Below are positions 17,575-25,973 of a stretch of DNA of 64,000 bases, one piece after another; position 1 is the first letter of the stretch; the number at the start of each line of letters is the position of its first letter. This stretch comes from Deltaproteobacteria bacterium HGW-Deltaproteobacteria-4 (lineage in GTDB: Bacteria; Desulfobacterota; Desulfuromonadia; Desulfuromonadales; UBA2197), in the NCBI GenBank assembly GCA_002841765.1, contig PHAV01000002.1, forward strand, positions 73,604 to 137,603, read 5' to 3'. Both the position numbers and the translations under genes were made by a program. A model generated the notes under the pieces. That model saw nothing but the letters and a program-made list of their open reading frames with translations, was not told where the DNA came from and did not search any database.

Positions 17575-19335
17575 TTAGCCGCCGGGATGAATAATTGGGT
17601 TCGATTCCTTGATGAAAGAAATTAGTTTTAAGACTTGCTTTTTAAGGTCTAGGATATCGAAATTTGGTTCGAATTTTTTCGTGATGTGTTTTGCTACATC
17701 AACCTTTGAAGCTTGAGCTTTATCCCCGCCCTTAGTAATTATCGAAAGCGTATTTGCATATTTCTCAAAGCTAGAATTGATTCGTGCTGAAGGCTTCGTC
17801 TCGTTTATAGCGGCTCTTATCTGATCTGGCGGAAGGTAGTTTTCTATCTCTCTTCCATCTGTGATCCAGGCATAGCCAGGGCCAGCATTGAACTCTTGAG
17901 ATAGACGCGTCTTTGTGGCGTTTATTCTCGACTTTGGTTTTTCTTTGTCACTATCGATGAGAATTACTGACCTTCTATTTAAGCGTCGGAGCGAAATAAA
18001 ATCTTCGACCATTTCGTCCATGTCGTCGGCAGACAGATGAGATGCCAAACGCCCCCCATAGAACATAATGGAATAATGGATGCCTTCTATCAGCGCTGGT
18101 GAAACAAAGTGAATCCAAGAATTAAGGTAGATTCGATCTGACGGGCCTTCGACCCAGATGATGCAATTTGCTTGCAATAAATCGGATGGATGATAGCCAA
18201 GGTTTTCACATACTTCTGACTTGTGTCTGTCAGAGGTCGCTCTTCGCGCCCTTGATTCACCTTGCTCCAAATTTATGTGGTAGATTTCGGCATTTGGCGT
18301 GTCCATAAGAGCCGCTGAATGCGTGGTGATAAAATACTGATTTTTTGTGGATTCAAGCAAATATCTAACGAGTTTTTTTTGCAGGATGGGATTTAAATGA
18401 AGCTCTGGCTCCTCCATACATATTGCTGTGTTTTCAAGGATGGTAGCTGCTGCCGCCAAGATTATCACTTCATGAATTCCGGTTCCCAGTGATTCAAGAG
18501 GGAGAGTTTTTCCATCCATGTGAACGAGAATGGTGTCTCTTTCATGGGGTATTTCTATGGTTGCCGTCTCGTTGTCTAGCACGTTCCGCAAAAATCTATT
18601 GATACTTTTAAATTTATTACGATCTTCCTGCTTGAGAACATCCGGATTTTGCAGTCTGACCAAGCGTTCGATAATTCCTTCGCCGCTAAAATCTTCGGAT
18701 ATTGAACCTTTGTTCCCGACTTTTCTGATAGCTGGGATCATTACGGAATTAATAGCGGTGAAATTAGGAGCTAATCTTCTAATCGATTCTGGATACCAGT
18801 GCTGTTCTCTTCCCCCGCCGCTTTGTCCAGTCAATGCTTTCCATAAACTATTAATTTCTCTGTCTTCCAGGATGTCGAATGTCATTTTCCATGAGGAATC
18901 AATAAGTTTTAAGTCGTTACCAAAGTCAAACCAAACATACTTACTCTCATCTGATTCAGACTTCTTTTGAAATACGCGAAGTGCGTAGCCAGGTGCTTGA
19001 GTTCCTCTGACATTTTCTGGGAATTTCGATGTTATTTTCTGGTTGAAATCTGCATGGTTACCAAGGTCATCGATTTTCAACGAAACAGCCAAGCCAACTA
19101 CAAAATTTGCACCAGTTGGTAGGTGTCGATCAAGGGGATTGAATTTAATCGCCTGCCCCTGTGAAAGGAGAGGATAGATATCATGAATAAATCTAAGGAT
19201 GTTGGATTTTCCGCTGTTGTTTTGACCTATGAATAGGTTGATTTTTGAAAGGGTGTCAAAGCGCTGAATATTCTTGCCGAAGCTTCGATACCCGGCTAGC
19301 GAGAATGATTCAATGATAATCGGGTTATTTTTCAT
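17575..19335 (-). CDS. ABC-type ATPase fused to a Toprim nuclease domain (OLD-family / fused PARIS AriA-AriB-like), candidate defence protein
   Basis: Walker A GQNNSGKSN, signature-like LESLGTGIHE, Walker B ICMEEPELHLNP, H-loop ITTHS. C-terminal Toprim-like motifs are IIWVEGPSDRIYL, VILIDSDKE and TDGREIENYLP. The gene is visibly AT-rich against GC-rich flanks. Confidence 0.7.
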   Translation of the reverse strand: MKNNPIIIESFSLAGYRSFGKNIQRFDTLSKINLFIGQNNSGKSNILRFIHDIYPLLSQGQAIKFNPLDRHLPTGANFVVGLAVSLKIDDLGNHADFNQKITSKFPENVRGTQAPGYALRVFQKKSESDESKYVWFDFGNDLKLIDSSWKMTFDILEDREINSLWKALTGQSGGGREQHWYPESIRRLAPNFTAINSVMIPAIRKVGNKGSISEDFSGEGIIERLVRLQNPDVLKQEDRNKFKSINRFLRNVLDNETATIEIPHERDTILVHMDGKTLPLESLGTGIHEVIILAAAATILENTAICMEEPELHLNPILQKKLVRYLLESTKNQYFITTHSAALMDTPNAEIYHINLEQGESRARRATSDRHKSEVCENLGYHPSDLLQANCIIWVEGPSDRIYLNSWIHFVSPALIEGIHYSIMFYGGRLASHLSADDMDEMVEDFISLRRLNRRSVILIDSDKEKPKSRINATKTRLSQEFNAGPGYAWITDGREIENYLPPDQIRAAINETKPSARINSSFEKYANTLSIITKGGDKAQASKVDVAKHITKKFEPNFDILDLKKQVLKLISFIKESNPIIHPGG

Positions 19336-19361
19336 TTGAGTTGTAACTCCTAGTCAAAACC

Positions 19362-19386
19362 GGGCGACCCACCGGGTCGCCCCTAC
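19362..19386 (-). repeat. REP (inverted orientation)
   Basis: GGGCGACCCACCGGGTCGCCCCTAC, 26 bp upstream of the ATPase start codon. Confidence 0.9.
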
Positions 19387-19439
19387 GAATCACCGGGCAT
19401 GGGCGAATCACCGGGCATGGGCGAATCACCGGCAAAGGC
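19387..19439. repeat. Tandem 18-bp repeat, 2 full units plus 1 degenerate
   Basis: GAATCACCGGGCATGGGC x2, then GAATCACCGGCAAAGGC. Confidence 0.85.
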
Positions 19440-19460
19440 GGCAGGTCGACGGCGCCAAGC

Positions 19461-19483
19461 GGGCGGACGCGGTCCGCCCCTAC
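19461..19483 (-). repeat. REP variant (inverted orientation)
   Basis: GGGCGGACGCGGTCCGCCCCTAC, with the same GTAGGGGC head and a different hairpin. Confidence 0.8.
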
Positions 19484-19508
19484 GAAAACAAATCAGCGGC
19501 GTGGAACC

Positions 19509-19533
19509 GGGCGACCCGCCGGGTCGCCCCTAC
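19509..19533 (-). repeat. REP (inverted orientation)
   Basis: GGGCGACCCGCCGGGTCGCCCCTAC. Confidence 0.9.
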
Positions 19534-19580
19534 GGGAACACGTAAAGTTGTTGAATGGGGGGGAGGGTTCGGCCGGTCAC

Positions 19581-19621
19581 ACACAAAAGCGGGGCAGTCC
19601 GGCTTGTCACCGATCTGCCCC
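19581..19621 (-). terminator. Rho-independent terminator of nrdJ
   Basis: GGGGCAG...CTGCCCC stem, followed on the minus strand by GCTTTTGTGTG. Confidence 0.55.
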
Positions 19622-19672
19622 GCATCATTTTAATCCAGCATCTTTCGCTTCCTCTCCCCCTCCGTCTTCACC

Positions 19673-21904
19673 TTACGCGCACTCGCTGTAGCCACAAGCA
19701 TGGCACACACAACAGCCGCCTTCGTGCTCGACGACGCCGCCGCATTCGGGGCAGGCCCCGCCGTTCTGGGAGTGGATGGTCCCTTCCATTCCTTCTTCGT
19801 GCGCCTGGACGTGCATCATGATCGCCCGGGCAACGGCGTCGGAACAGCTGGTGATGCGGTTGTCGCCGAAACCGGCCGGTTTGTGGCAGCTGATGCCGAT
19901 CAGCTGTTTGACCGTCTGGCGGGCCTGGACGCCGGAGCGCCAGGCGAGGGAGACGAGGCGGCCGATCGCTTCGCACTGGCTGGAGGCACAGCCGCCGGCC
20001 TTGCCCATGGTGGTGAAGACTTCGAAGAGGCCGGCGTTATCCTCGTTGATAGTGATGTAGAGGGGGCCGCAGCCGGTCTCCATCTGGTAGGTGGAGCCTT
20101 TGAGGGCGCGGGGACGGTCGCGTTTGCGGCCGGTCTTCTGGACTTCGACCGGGACAGCGGCTTCGGCCGGGGTGTCCTTCTTGCCGACCGAGAGGACCTG
20201 CATGTCGCGGGAACCGTCGCGGTAGATCGTCACACCTTTACACCCCTGCTGATAAGCGAGGCGGTAGACGGTGGCGACATCCTCCTTGGTGGCGGTGTTG
20301 CAGAAGTTGACGGTCTTGGAGACGGCGTTGTCGGTGTATCTCTGGAAGGCCGCCTGCATGCGAATGTGGTCTTCCGGGGTGATGTCGTGGGAAGTGACGA
20401 AGATGCGGCGGATGTCCTCGGGGACCTGGTCGATATCCTTGACCGTACCGTGCTGGGCGATGAGTTTCATCAGTTCCGGCGAATAGAAGCCGCGCTCGCG
20501 GGCGATCTTTTCGAAGAGGGGGTTAACCTCGACGAGGATGTCGTTATCGAGGACCTGGCGGACGTAGCTGACGGCGAAGAGGGGCTCGATGCCGCTGGAG
20601 GAGTTGGCGATGATCGAGATGGTGCCGGTCGGGGCGATGGTCGAGCTGGTGGCGTTGCGTACCGGCTTGCTCCCCTTCTTGTCGAAGGTGCTCCCTTTGA
20701 AGTTGGGGAAAGCGCCGCGCTCGGTAGCGAGTTCCTGCGACATGATCCGCGCTTCGTCGGTGATGAACTTCATCACCTTCTCGCCGAGTTCCACCCCTTC
20801 CTGCGAGTTGTAGGGGATGTTCAGCATGATCAGCATATCCGCCCAGCCCATGACGCCGAGGCCGATCTTGCGATTGGCGCGGGTCATCTTGTCGATCTGC
20901 GGGATCGGGTAGTTGTTGACTTCGATGACGTTGTCGAGGAAGCGGGCGGCGCTGCGCACGGTCTTGCGGAGACGATCCCAGTCGACCTGGTTCCCTTTAA
21001 GCATCAGGGCGAGGTTGATCGAGCCGAGGTTGCAGCTTTCATAAGGGAGGAGGGGTTGCTCGCCGCAAGGATTGGTCGCTTCGAATTCGCCGACCAGCGG
21101 CGTCGGGTTGTCGCGGTTGAGGCGGTCGAGGAAGATGATCCCCGGCTCACCGTTGCTCCAGGCGAGTTCGACGATATGTTCGAAGACCTTGCGGGCGGGG
21201 AGGGTGCGGCCATCGGCTTTGTTGCGGGGGTTGACGAGCTGGTAGTCGGCATCTTTCTCGACCGCTTCCATAAAGGCTTCAGTCATACCGACGGAGATGT
21301 TGAAGTTGGTGAGGACGGTCTGATCCCGCTTGCACATGATAAAATCCATGATATCGGGATGGTCGACACGGAGAATCCCCATGTTGGCGCCGCGCCGGGT
21401 GCCGCCCTGCTTGATCGTTTCGGTGGCGGCATCAAAGACCTTCATGAAGGAGAGGGGGCCGCTGGAGACGCCGCTCGTCGACTGGACAACGTCGTTGGCG
21501 GGGCGGATGCGTGAAAAGGAGAAGCCGGTGCCGCCGCCGCTTTTGTGGATGAGGGCGGTCTGCTTGATCGCTTCAAAGATCTCCTCCATCGAGTCGCCGA
21601 CCGGCAGGACGAAACAGGCGGAGAGTTGGCCGAGTTCGCGGCCGGCATTCATTAGCGTCGGCGAATTGGGGAGGAACTCGAGGGAGGTCATCATCCGGTA
21701 GAATTCGTCGGCGAGCGCCTTGGCATCGACGCCGGTCTTGAGTTTGGTCTCGGCGCCGGCAATCGCTTCGGCGACGCGGCGGAACATCGCGGCCGGGGTC
21801 TCGGTCGGCTTGCCGTCGAGATCACGTTTGAGGTAACGGCGCTCAAGGACAGTGATGGCATTTTTTGAAAGGCTGGTGGTCGTTTCGGTCGTCTTTGCGG
21901 GCAT
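19673..21904 (-). CDS. nrdJ: Adenosylcobalamin-dependent (class II) ribonucleotide reductase
   Basis: AITVLERRYL, FLPNSPTLMNAG, NPCGEQPL, a single 743-aa chain and a C-terminal Cys-rich tail CPECGGVVEHEGGCCVCHACGYSEC. Confidence 0.9.
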   Translation of the reverse strand: MPAKTTETTTSLSKNAITVLERRYLKRDLDGKPTETPAAMFRRVAEAIAGAETKLKTGVDAKALADEFYRMMTSLEFLPNSPTLMNAGRELGQLSACFVLPVGDSMEEIFEAIKQTALIHKSGGGTGFSFSRIRPANDVVQSTSGVSSGPLSFMKVFDAATETIKQGGTRRGANMGILRVDHPDIMDFIMCKRDQTVLTNFNISVGMTEAFMEAVEKDADYQLVNPRNKADGRTLPARKVFEHIVELAWSNGEPGIIFLDRLNRDNPTPLVGEFEATNPCGEQPLLPYESCNLGSINLALMLKGNQVDWDRLRKTVRSAARFLDNVIEVNNYPIPQIDKMTRANRKIGLGVMGWADMLIMLNIPYNSQEGVELGEKVMKFITDEARIMSQELATERGAFPNFKGSTFDKKGSKPVRNATSSTIAPTGTISIIANSSSGIEPLFAVSYVRQVLDNDILVEVNPLFEKIARERGFYSPELMKLIAQHGTVKDIDQVPEDIRRIFVTSHDITPEDHIRMQAAFQRYTDNAVSKTVNFCNTATKEDVATVYRLAYQQGCKGVTIYRDGSRDMQVLSVGKKDTPAEAAVPVEVQKTGRKRDRPRALKGSTYQMETGCGPLYITINEDNAGLFEVFTTMGKAGGCASSQCEAIGRLVSLAWRSGVQARQTVKQLIGISCHKPAGFGDNRITSCSDAVARAIMMHVQAHEEGMEGTIHSQNGGACPECGGVVEHEGGCCVCHACGYSECA

Positions 21905-21965
21905 GAAATGGGCCCTCCCTTTGAGGATTCAATAACTTAGAGCTATTTTATGTTTTCGTTGAATG

Positions 21966-22012
21966 ACACTAGATGGTGTATGGTGGCAAGAGTTAAACCA
22001 CAATATGTCGTG
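21966..22012. promoter_or_regulatory. Possible tandem NrdR boxes upstream of nrdJ
   Basis: ACACTAGATGGTGT (21966-21979) and CACAATATGTCGTG (21999-22012). Both are ACAC/CAC...GTG(T) palindromes with centres ~33 bp apart. Confidence 0.4.
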
Positions 22013-22221
22013 CGTGTCAAGATGGGAGTCGTAAAAAAATCGAAAAATTTGTTGCAGCGATCACAAGGGGGAACGGGGGTTTCTACCTTCTCCTCTGGCG
22101 ATTTGACTCTTTGCATTCATGATTGGATGTGTTAGTAATTCATAAATTTTAAGCAGTCGATCCATGTAAAGTTGTTGGCGGTGGTTGTCTTTATATGCTT
22201 CCTGGAAAGTGAGGGCTTACA

Positions 22222-23316
22222 TTGAGCATCAGGCGGTTTACCGGGCGCGAAAATGTACTGAACCAGGATGAATTTACTGACGAAGAGTTGAATGGTCTGC
22301 GCGAGGTTCTTTCTGTGGCACAGGTCGTTGTCTCTTCACTCGATCTGGACGAAGTTCTCCATAATATTCTCTGTAGTGCTATGGGCATCATGGATATGCC
22401 TGCCGGGAGTATTGCTTTATATGATGAGTCTATTAACAAACTTGCACTGCACGCTCATATCGGTTTAAGCGAAGCACTGACTTCAAGGTCGAGCTGGGAA
22501 GTCACTCCGGGCGGACTGACCCATCGGATCCTCAGCGAGGGGCAGTTCTTTGTTGTTGAAGATACGCAAGGGGAAGCGTTTTTTAAAAATCCCTTGACGA
22601 TCGGGGAAGGGATTTGTTCGCTGATTGCCGTCCCCCTGAAGATGCAGAAAAAGATCATCGGTATCCTTTATCTTGATGATTTTGTCCCCCGCACTTTCAC
22701 GCCGATGCGTCTGCATATGCTCTCCATCCTCGCCTCTTTTGCCACCATGAGTATCGACAATGCGCGACTGCATGTTAAAACTCATCTTCTTGCTTGCACC
22801 GATGGCTTGACCGGTTTGTACAACCACCGTCACTTTCTGGAAAGCTTTGACGAAGAGATGGTTCGTGCCATCCGTTATGAAAAACCTTTGTCGTTGGTGA
22901 TGATCGATGTTGACGATTTCAAGCTTTTTAATGATCGCCATGGTCATCCCGTCGGGGACAAAGCCCTGATTGCCGTCGCCAGGACCTTGCAATCTGTCCT
23001 GCGCACCTGTGATTATTCTTTCCGTTACGGAGGGGAGGAATTCATTGCTATTCTTACTGAAACGAATCTAGAGCAGGCACTGGTCGCTGCCGAGCGCTTG
23101 CGACTGGGCATTATTGCCGGCACGCAGGAAGCCCTTGCCGGTATCGCCCCGGAGGGGGTGACGGTGAGCATCGGCGTTGCTTCCTATCCTCATGACGGAA
23201 CCGGCGATGCGCTGTTCAAAGAGGCAGACGACCAACTTTATCGGGCCAAGCGGGAAGGAAAGAACCGCGTCTACTGTTCCGCTTGCAGTTCTTCTTTGCG
23301 AAATGGATGTGATTAA
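22222..23316 (+). CDS. GAF-domain diguanylate cyclase (GGDEF)
   Basis: N-terminal GAF-like region and a C-terminal GGDEF domain (DGLTGLYNHRHF, RYGGEEF, YRAKREGKN). TTG start. Confidence 0.85.
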   Translation: MSIRRFTGRENVLNQDEFTDEELNGLREVLSVAQVVVSSLDLDEVLHNILCSAMGIMDMPAGSIALYDESINKLALHAHIGLSEALTSRSSWEVTPGGLTHRILSEGQFFVVEDTQGEAFFKNPLTIGEGICSLIAVPLKMQKKIIGILYLDDFVPRTFTPMRLHMLSILASFATMSIDNARLHVKTHLLACTDGLTGLYNHRHFLESFDEEMVRAIRYEKPLSLVMIDVDDFKLFNDRHGHPVGDKALIAVARTLQSVLRTCDYSFRYGGEEFIAILTETNLEQALVAAERLRLGIIAGTQEALAGIAPEGVTVSIGVASYPHDGTGDALFKEADDQLYRAKREGKNRVYCSACSSSLRNGCD

Positions 23317-23321
23317 ACGTT

Positions 23322-24470
23322 ATGGCAATTTATCTCGATAACGCCGCCACCTCCTTCCCTAAACCGGAAGCGGTCTATTGCCGCATCGATGAGGCCTTAC
23401 GCCAAGCCGGCGGCAATCCGGGGCGGGGCGGACATCAGCTCTCCCTTGATGCCAGTCGCATCGTCTTTACCGCGCGTGAGGCGGTGGCCAACTTCTTCGG
23501 GATAAGCGATTCGAGTCGTATTGCTTTTACCAGTAATGCAACTGAAGCGATCAATCTTGCGCTCTTCGGCTTTTTGCAGCCAGGCGACCGGGTGGTGACG
23601 ACGAATATGGAGCACAATGCCGTGGCGCGTCCGTTGCGGGCTCTGCAAGAGCGCGGTGTCGAGGTTGTCAAGGTGGCGGCTGACCGGTATGGTTTTGTTT
23701 CTGCAGAAGATTTTTGTCGGGCTTGTGCCGTCGCCCCGACGGCGCTGGCGGTTCTTGGCCATATCTCTAACGTCACCGGAACAATTCAGGATCTTGTGAC
23801 CATCGGGCCGTGGTGCCGCAATCATGGCGTCACTCTCCTCGTCGATGCAGCGCAGAGTGCCGGACTGCTGCCGATCGACGTTGAGACCCTCGGTATCGAC
23901 CTCCTCGCCGCACCGGGGCACAAAGGGCTCTATGGTCCGGTCGGAAGCGGTTTTTTGTATGTGCGCCCGGGGTTGGAACTGGTCCCTCTTCTTTACGGCG
24001 GCACCGGCGCCAACTCACACTCTGATCTGATGCCAGAGGTGATGCCCGAACGCCTGGAGAGTGGCACTCCGAATACACCGGGTCTGGCCGGGTTGACGGC
24101 TGGGATCGCCTGGTTGGAGGAAGTCGGTCTTGCTGCAATCAGAGAACATGAAATCAAGTGCATGAGCCGACTTTTGGCCGGCCTGGCGGCTCTCCCCGAC
24201 CTCGTTCTCTACGGACCGGGCGATGCAGCGCAATGCGGCGGGGTCCTCTCCTTTAATATCAAGGGACTCGATCCTTCTACGGTCGCTTTTCGTCTCGATC
24301 AAGAGTTTTCCATCTGTGTTCGGGCCGGATTGCACTGCGCTCCTGACGCGCACCGTGCCATCGGCACCTATCCGGTCGGGACTGTAAGGGTCAGCCCCGG
24401 TATGATGAATTCTCCGGAGGAGATCGAAGAGTTCATCGCCGCTGTCGCCACAATTTCCAGCAAAAACTGA
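23322..24470 (+). CDS. Class V aminotransferase-fold PLP enzyme (cysteine desulfurase family)
   Basis: IYLDNAATSFP, a PLP-Lys context (GHKGLYGP) and an active-site Cys context (RAGLHCAP). Confidence 0.8.
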   Translation: MAIYLDNAATSFPKPEAVYCRIDEALRQAGGNPGRGGHQLSLDASRIVFTAREAVANFFGISDSSRIAFTSNATEAINLALFGFLQPGDRVVTTNMEHNAVARPLRALQERGVEVVKVAADRYGFVSAEDFCRACAVAPTALAVLGHISNVTGTIQDLVTIGPWCRNHGVTLLVDAAQSAGLLPIDVETLGIDLLAAPGHKGLYGPVGSGFLYVRPGLELVPLLYGGTGANSHSDLMPEVMPERLESGTPNTPGLAGLTAGIAWLEEVGLAAIREHEIKCMSRLLAGLAALPDLVLYGPGDAAQCGGVLSFNIKGLDPSTVAFRLDQEFSICVRAGLHCAPDAHRAIGTYPVGTVRVSPGMMNSPEEIEEFIAAVATISSKN

Positions 24471-24589
24471 TGGTTAACTCCGTCATGGTCTGTCAGGGTT
24501 TCGATGCTTCGTTGAATTCCGGAAAGTTTGGAAGTTCTTGATTGCGTTCGTAATAAAGTTGATGCTTTTATCCCTTTGCGGAGGCTGCT

Positions 24590-25906
24590 ATGAAAAAGAC
24601 CTATGTCCTTGATACCAATGTTCTGCTCCACGATGCTCAGGCCCTTTTACGTTTTGAAGATAATGATGTTGTTATCCCGATGACGGTGATCGAAGAGATC
24701 GATCGTTTCAAGAAAGATCTCAATGAAACGGGACGGAACGCCCGGCAGGTTTCCCGCATTCTTGACGGCTTCAGGGAAAAAAACCGGCTGATGGAAGGGG
24801 TGCCATTGGAGGGGGGCGGCCAGCTGAAAGTGGTTCTCTGCACTGATGACGCCCTGCATCGTCTGCCCTTGGAGCTGCGCGGCGAACAGGCGGATAACCG
24901 GATCCTTGCCGTAGCCGCCGATTTGATGAAGAGTTGCGAGTGTCCGGTCGTCTTCGTCACCAAAGACACGAACTTGCGTATCAAGGCGGATGTCATTGGC
25001 CTTACGGCGGAAGATTATGAAACCGGCAAAGTACCGATTGACGAACTTTATTCCGGTCAGGCCGAGGTCATGGTAGATAAGGAGATTGTCGATCGTTTTT
25101 ATGGTCAGGGTTACATTGAGATCGGCAACGACTATCGGGCGAATGAATGTGTTACCCTCATTGACTCTGCCAACCTCAACCATACCGGGATTGGACGTTT
25201 TCATGCGCCGAGCGGACGCATAGTTGCATTGAGCCGGGCCCCCAAGGAAGGGATCTGGGGGATTCAGCCGCGTAATCGTGAACAACAGTTTGCCCTCGAT
25301 ATTCTCCTTAACAACGAGATTCAGGTGGTGACGCTGGTCGGCAAGGCTGGCACCGGCAAGACTCTCCTGGCGATTGCCGCCGGACTCCTCAAGGTTTCGG
25401 ATGAAGCGGTCTACAGTCGCCTCCTCGTTTCCCGGCCGGTCTTCCCGATGGGGCGTGATCTCGGTTTTCTCCCCGGTGATGTCGAAGAGAAGCTGGCGCC
25501 GTGGATGCAGCCGATCTTTGATAATGTCGAACTCCTCCTGGGCAGTGTTGAAGAACGGGGCAAGCGCAAGCGCGGTTACAAAGAACTTATCGACATGGGC
25601 ATCCTCGAAATCGAGCCGTTGACCTATATTCGCGGCCGCTCGATTCCGAAGCAGTACATGATTGTCGACGAAGCCCAGAACCTGACGCCGCACGAAATCA
25701 AAACGATCATTACCCGGGCCGGGGAGGGGACAAAGATTGTTCTCACTGGCGATCCCTACCAGATCGACAACCCTTACGTCGATGCTTCGAGCAATGGTCT
25801 TTCCTATGCGGTCGAAAAGTTCAAGGATCAAGCGATCGCCGGTCATATGACCCTCACCAAGGGGGAACGTTCACCCCTGGCCGAGATGGCTGCTAATTTA
25901 CTGTAA
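24590..25906 (+). CDS. PIN-domain PhoH-family ATPase (YlaK-like)
   Basis: N-terminal PIN (YVLDTNVLLHD) and a PhoH P-loop (GKAGTGKTLLA, MIVDEAQN). Confidence 0.85.
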   Translation: MKKTYVLDTNVLLHDAQALLRFEDNDVVIPMTVIEEIDRFKKDLNETGRNARQVSRILDGFREKNRLMEGVPLEGGGQLKVVLCTDDALHRLPLELRGEQADNRILAVAADLMKSCECPVVFVTKDTNLRIKADVIGLTAEDYETGKVPIDELYSGQAEVMVDKEIVDRFYGQGYIEIGNDYRANECVTLIDSANLNHTGIGRFHAPSGRIVALSRAPKEGIWGIQPRNREQQFALDILLNNEIQVVTLVGKAGTGKTLLAIAAGLLKVSDEAVYSRLLVSRPVFPMGRDLGFLPGDVEEKLAPWMQPIFDNVELLLGSVEERGKRKRGYKELIDMGILEIEPLTYIRGRSIPKQYMIVDEAQNLTPHEIKTIITRAGEGTKIVLTGDPYQIDNPYVDASSNGLSYAVEKFKDQAIAGHMTLTKGERSPLAEMAANLL

Positions 25907-25973
25907 AAATTTCCTGCACAGCAGGGGCACGGCCCGCCGTGCCCCTGCCTCTACATGAGGTCCTCTCGGCGAC

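Larger units (their letters stand above)
16209..19533. mobile_element. REPtron-like region (RayT gene plus clustered REP/BIME elements and enclosed cargo genes)
   Basis: Eight REP hairpins of three sequence types, all headed by GTAGGGGC, lie within 3.3 kb of a Y1 HUH transposase gene. Confidence 0.6.

Noticed and set aside
19362-19533. Possible CRISPR array (repeated GC-rich palindromes with spacers)
   Set aside because: The repeats are of three different sequences with irregular spacing (74 and 25 bp). The same units occur in both orientations elsewhere (16420-17540), and no cas genes are present. The structure fits REP/BIME elements instead.
19700-21514. 604-aa plus-strand ORF (and other long ORFs such as 24647-25846, 26046-26930, 29692-30561, 61961-62776, 2106-2918, 3745-4494, 51715-52470)
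   Set aside because: All lie antisense to, or out of frame within, genes with unambiguous conserved motifs (nrdJ, phoH, tsaD, panB, the cytochrome, ndh, cydB, accC). Their translations are low-complexity and Gly/Asp/Arg/Ala-rich, typical of shadow ORFs in GC-rich DNA.
21905-22221. Cobalamin riboswitch upstream of the B12-dependent nrdJ
   Set aside because: I could not find a B12-box-like core or the expected multi-stem structure. B12-dependent RNRs are also not usually repressed by B12.
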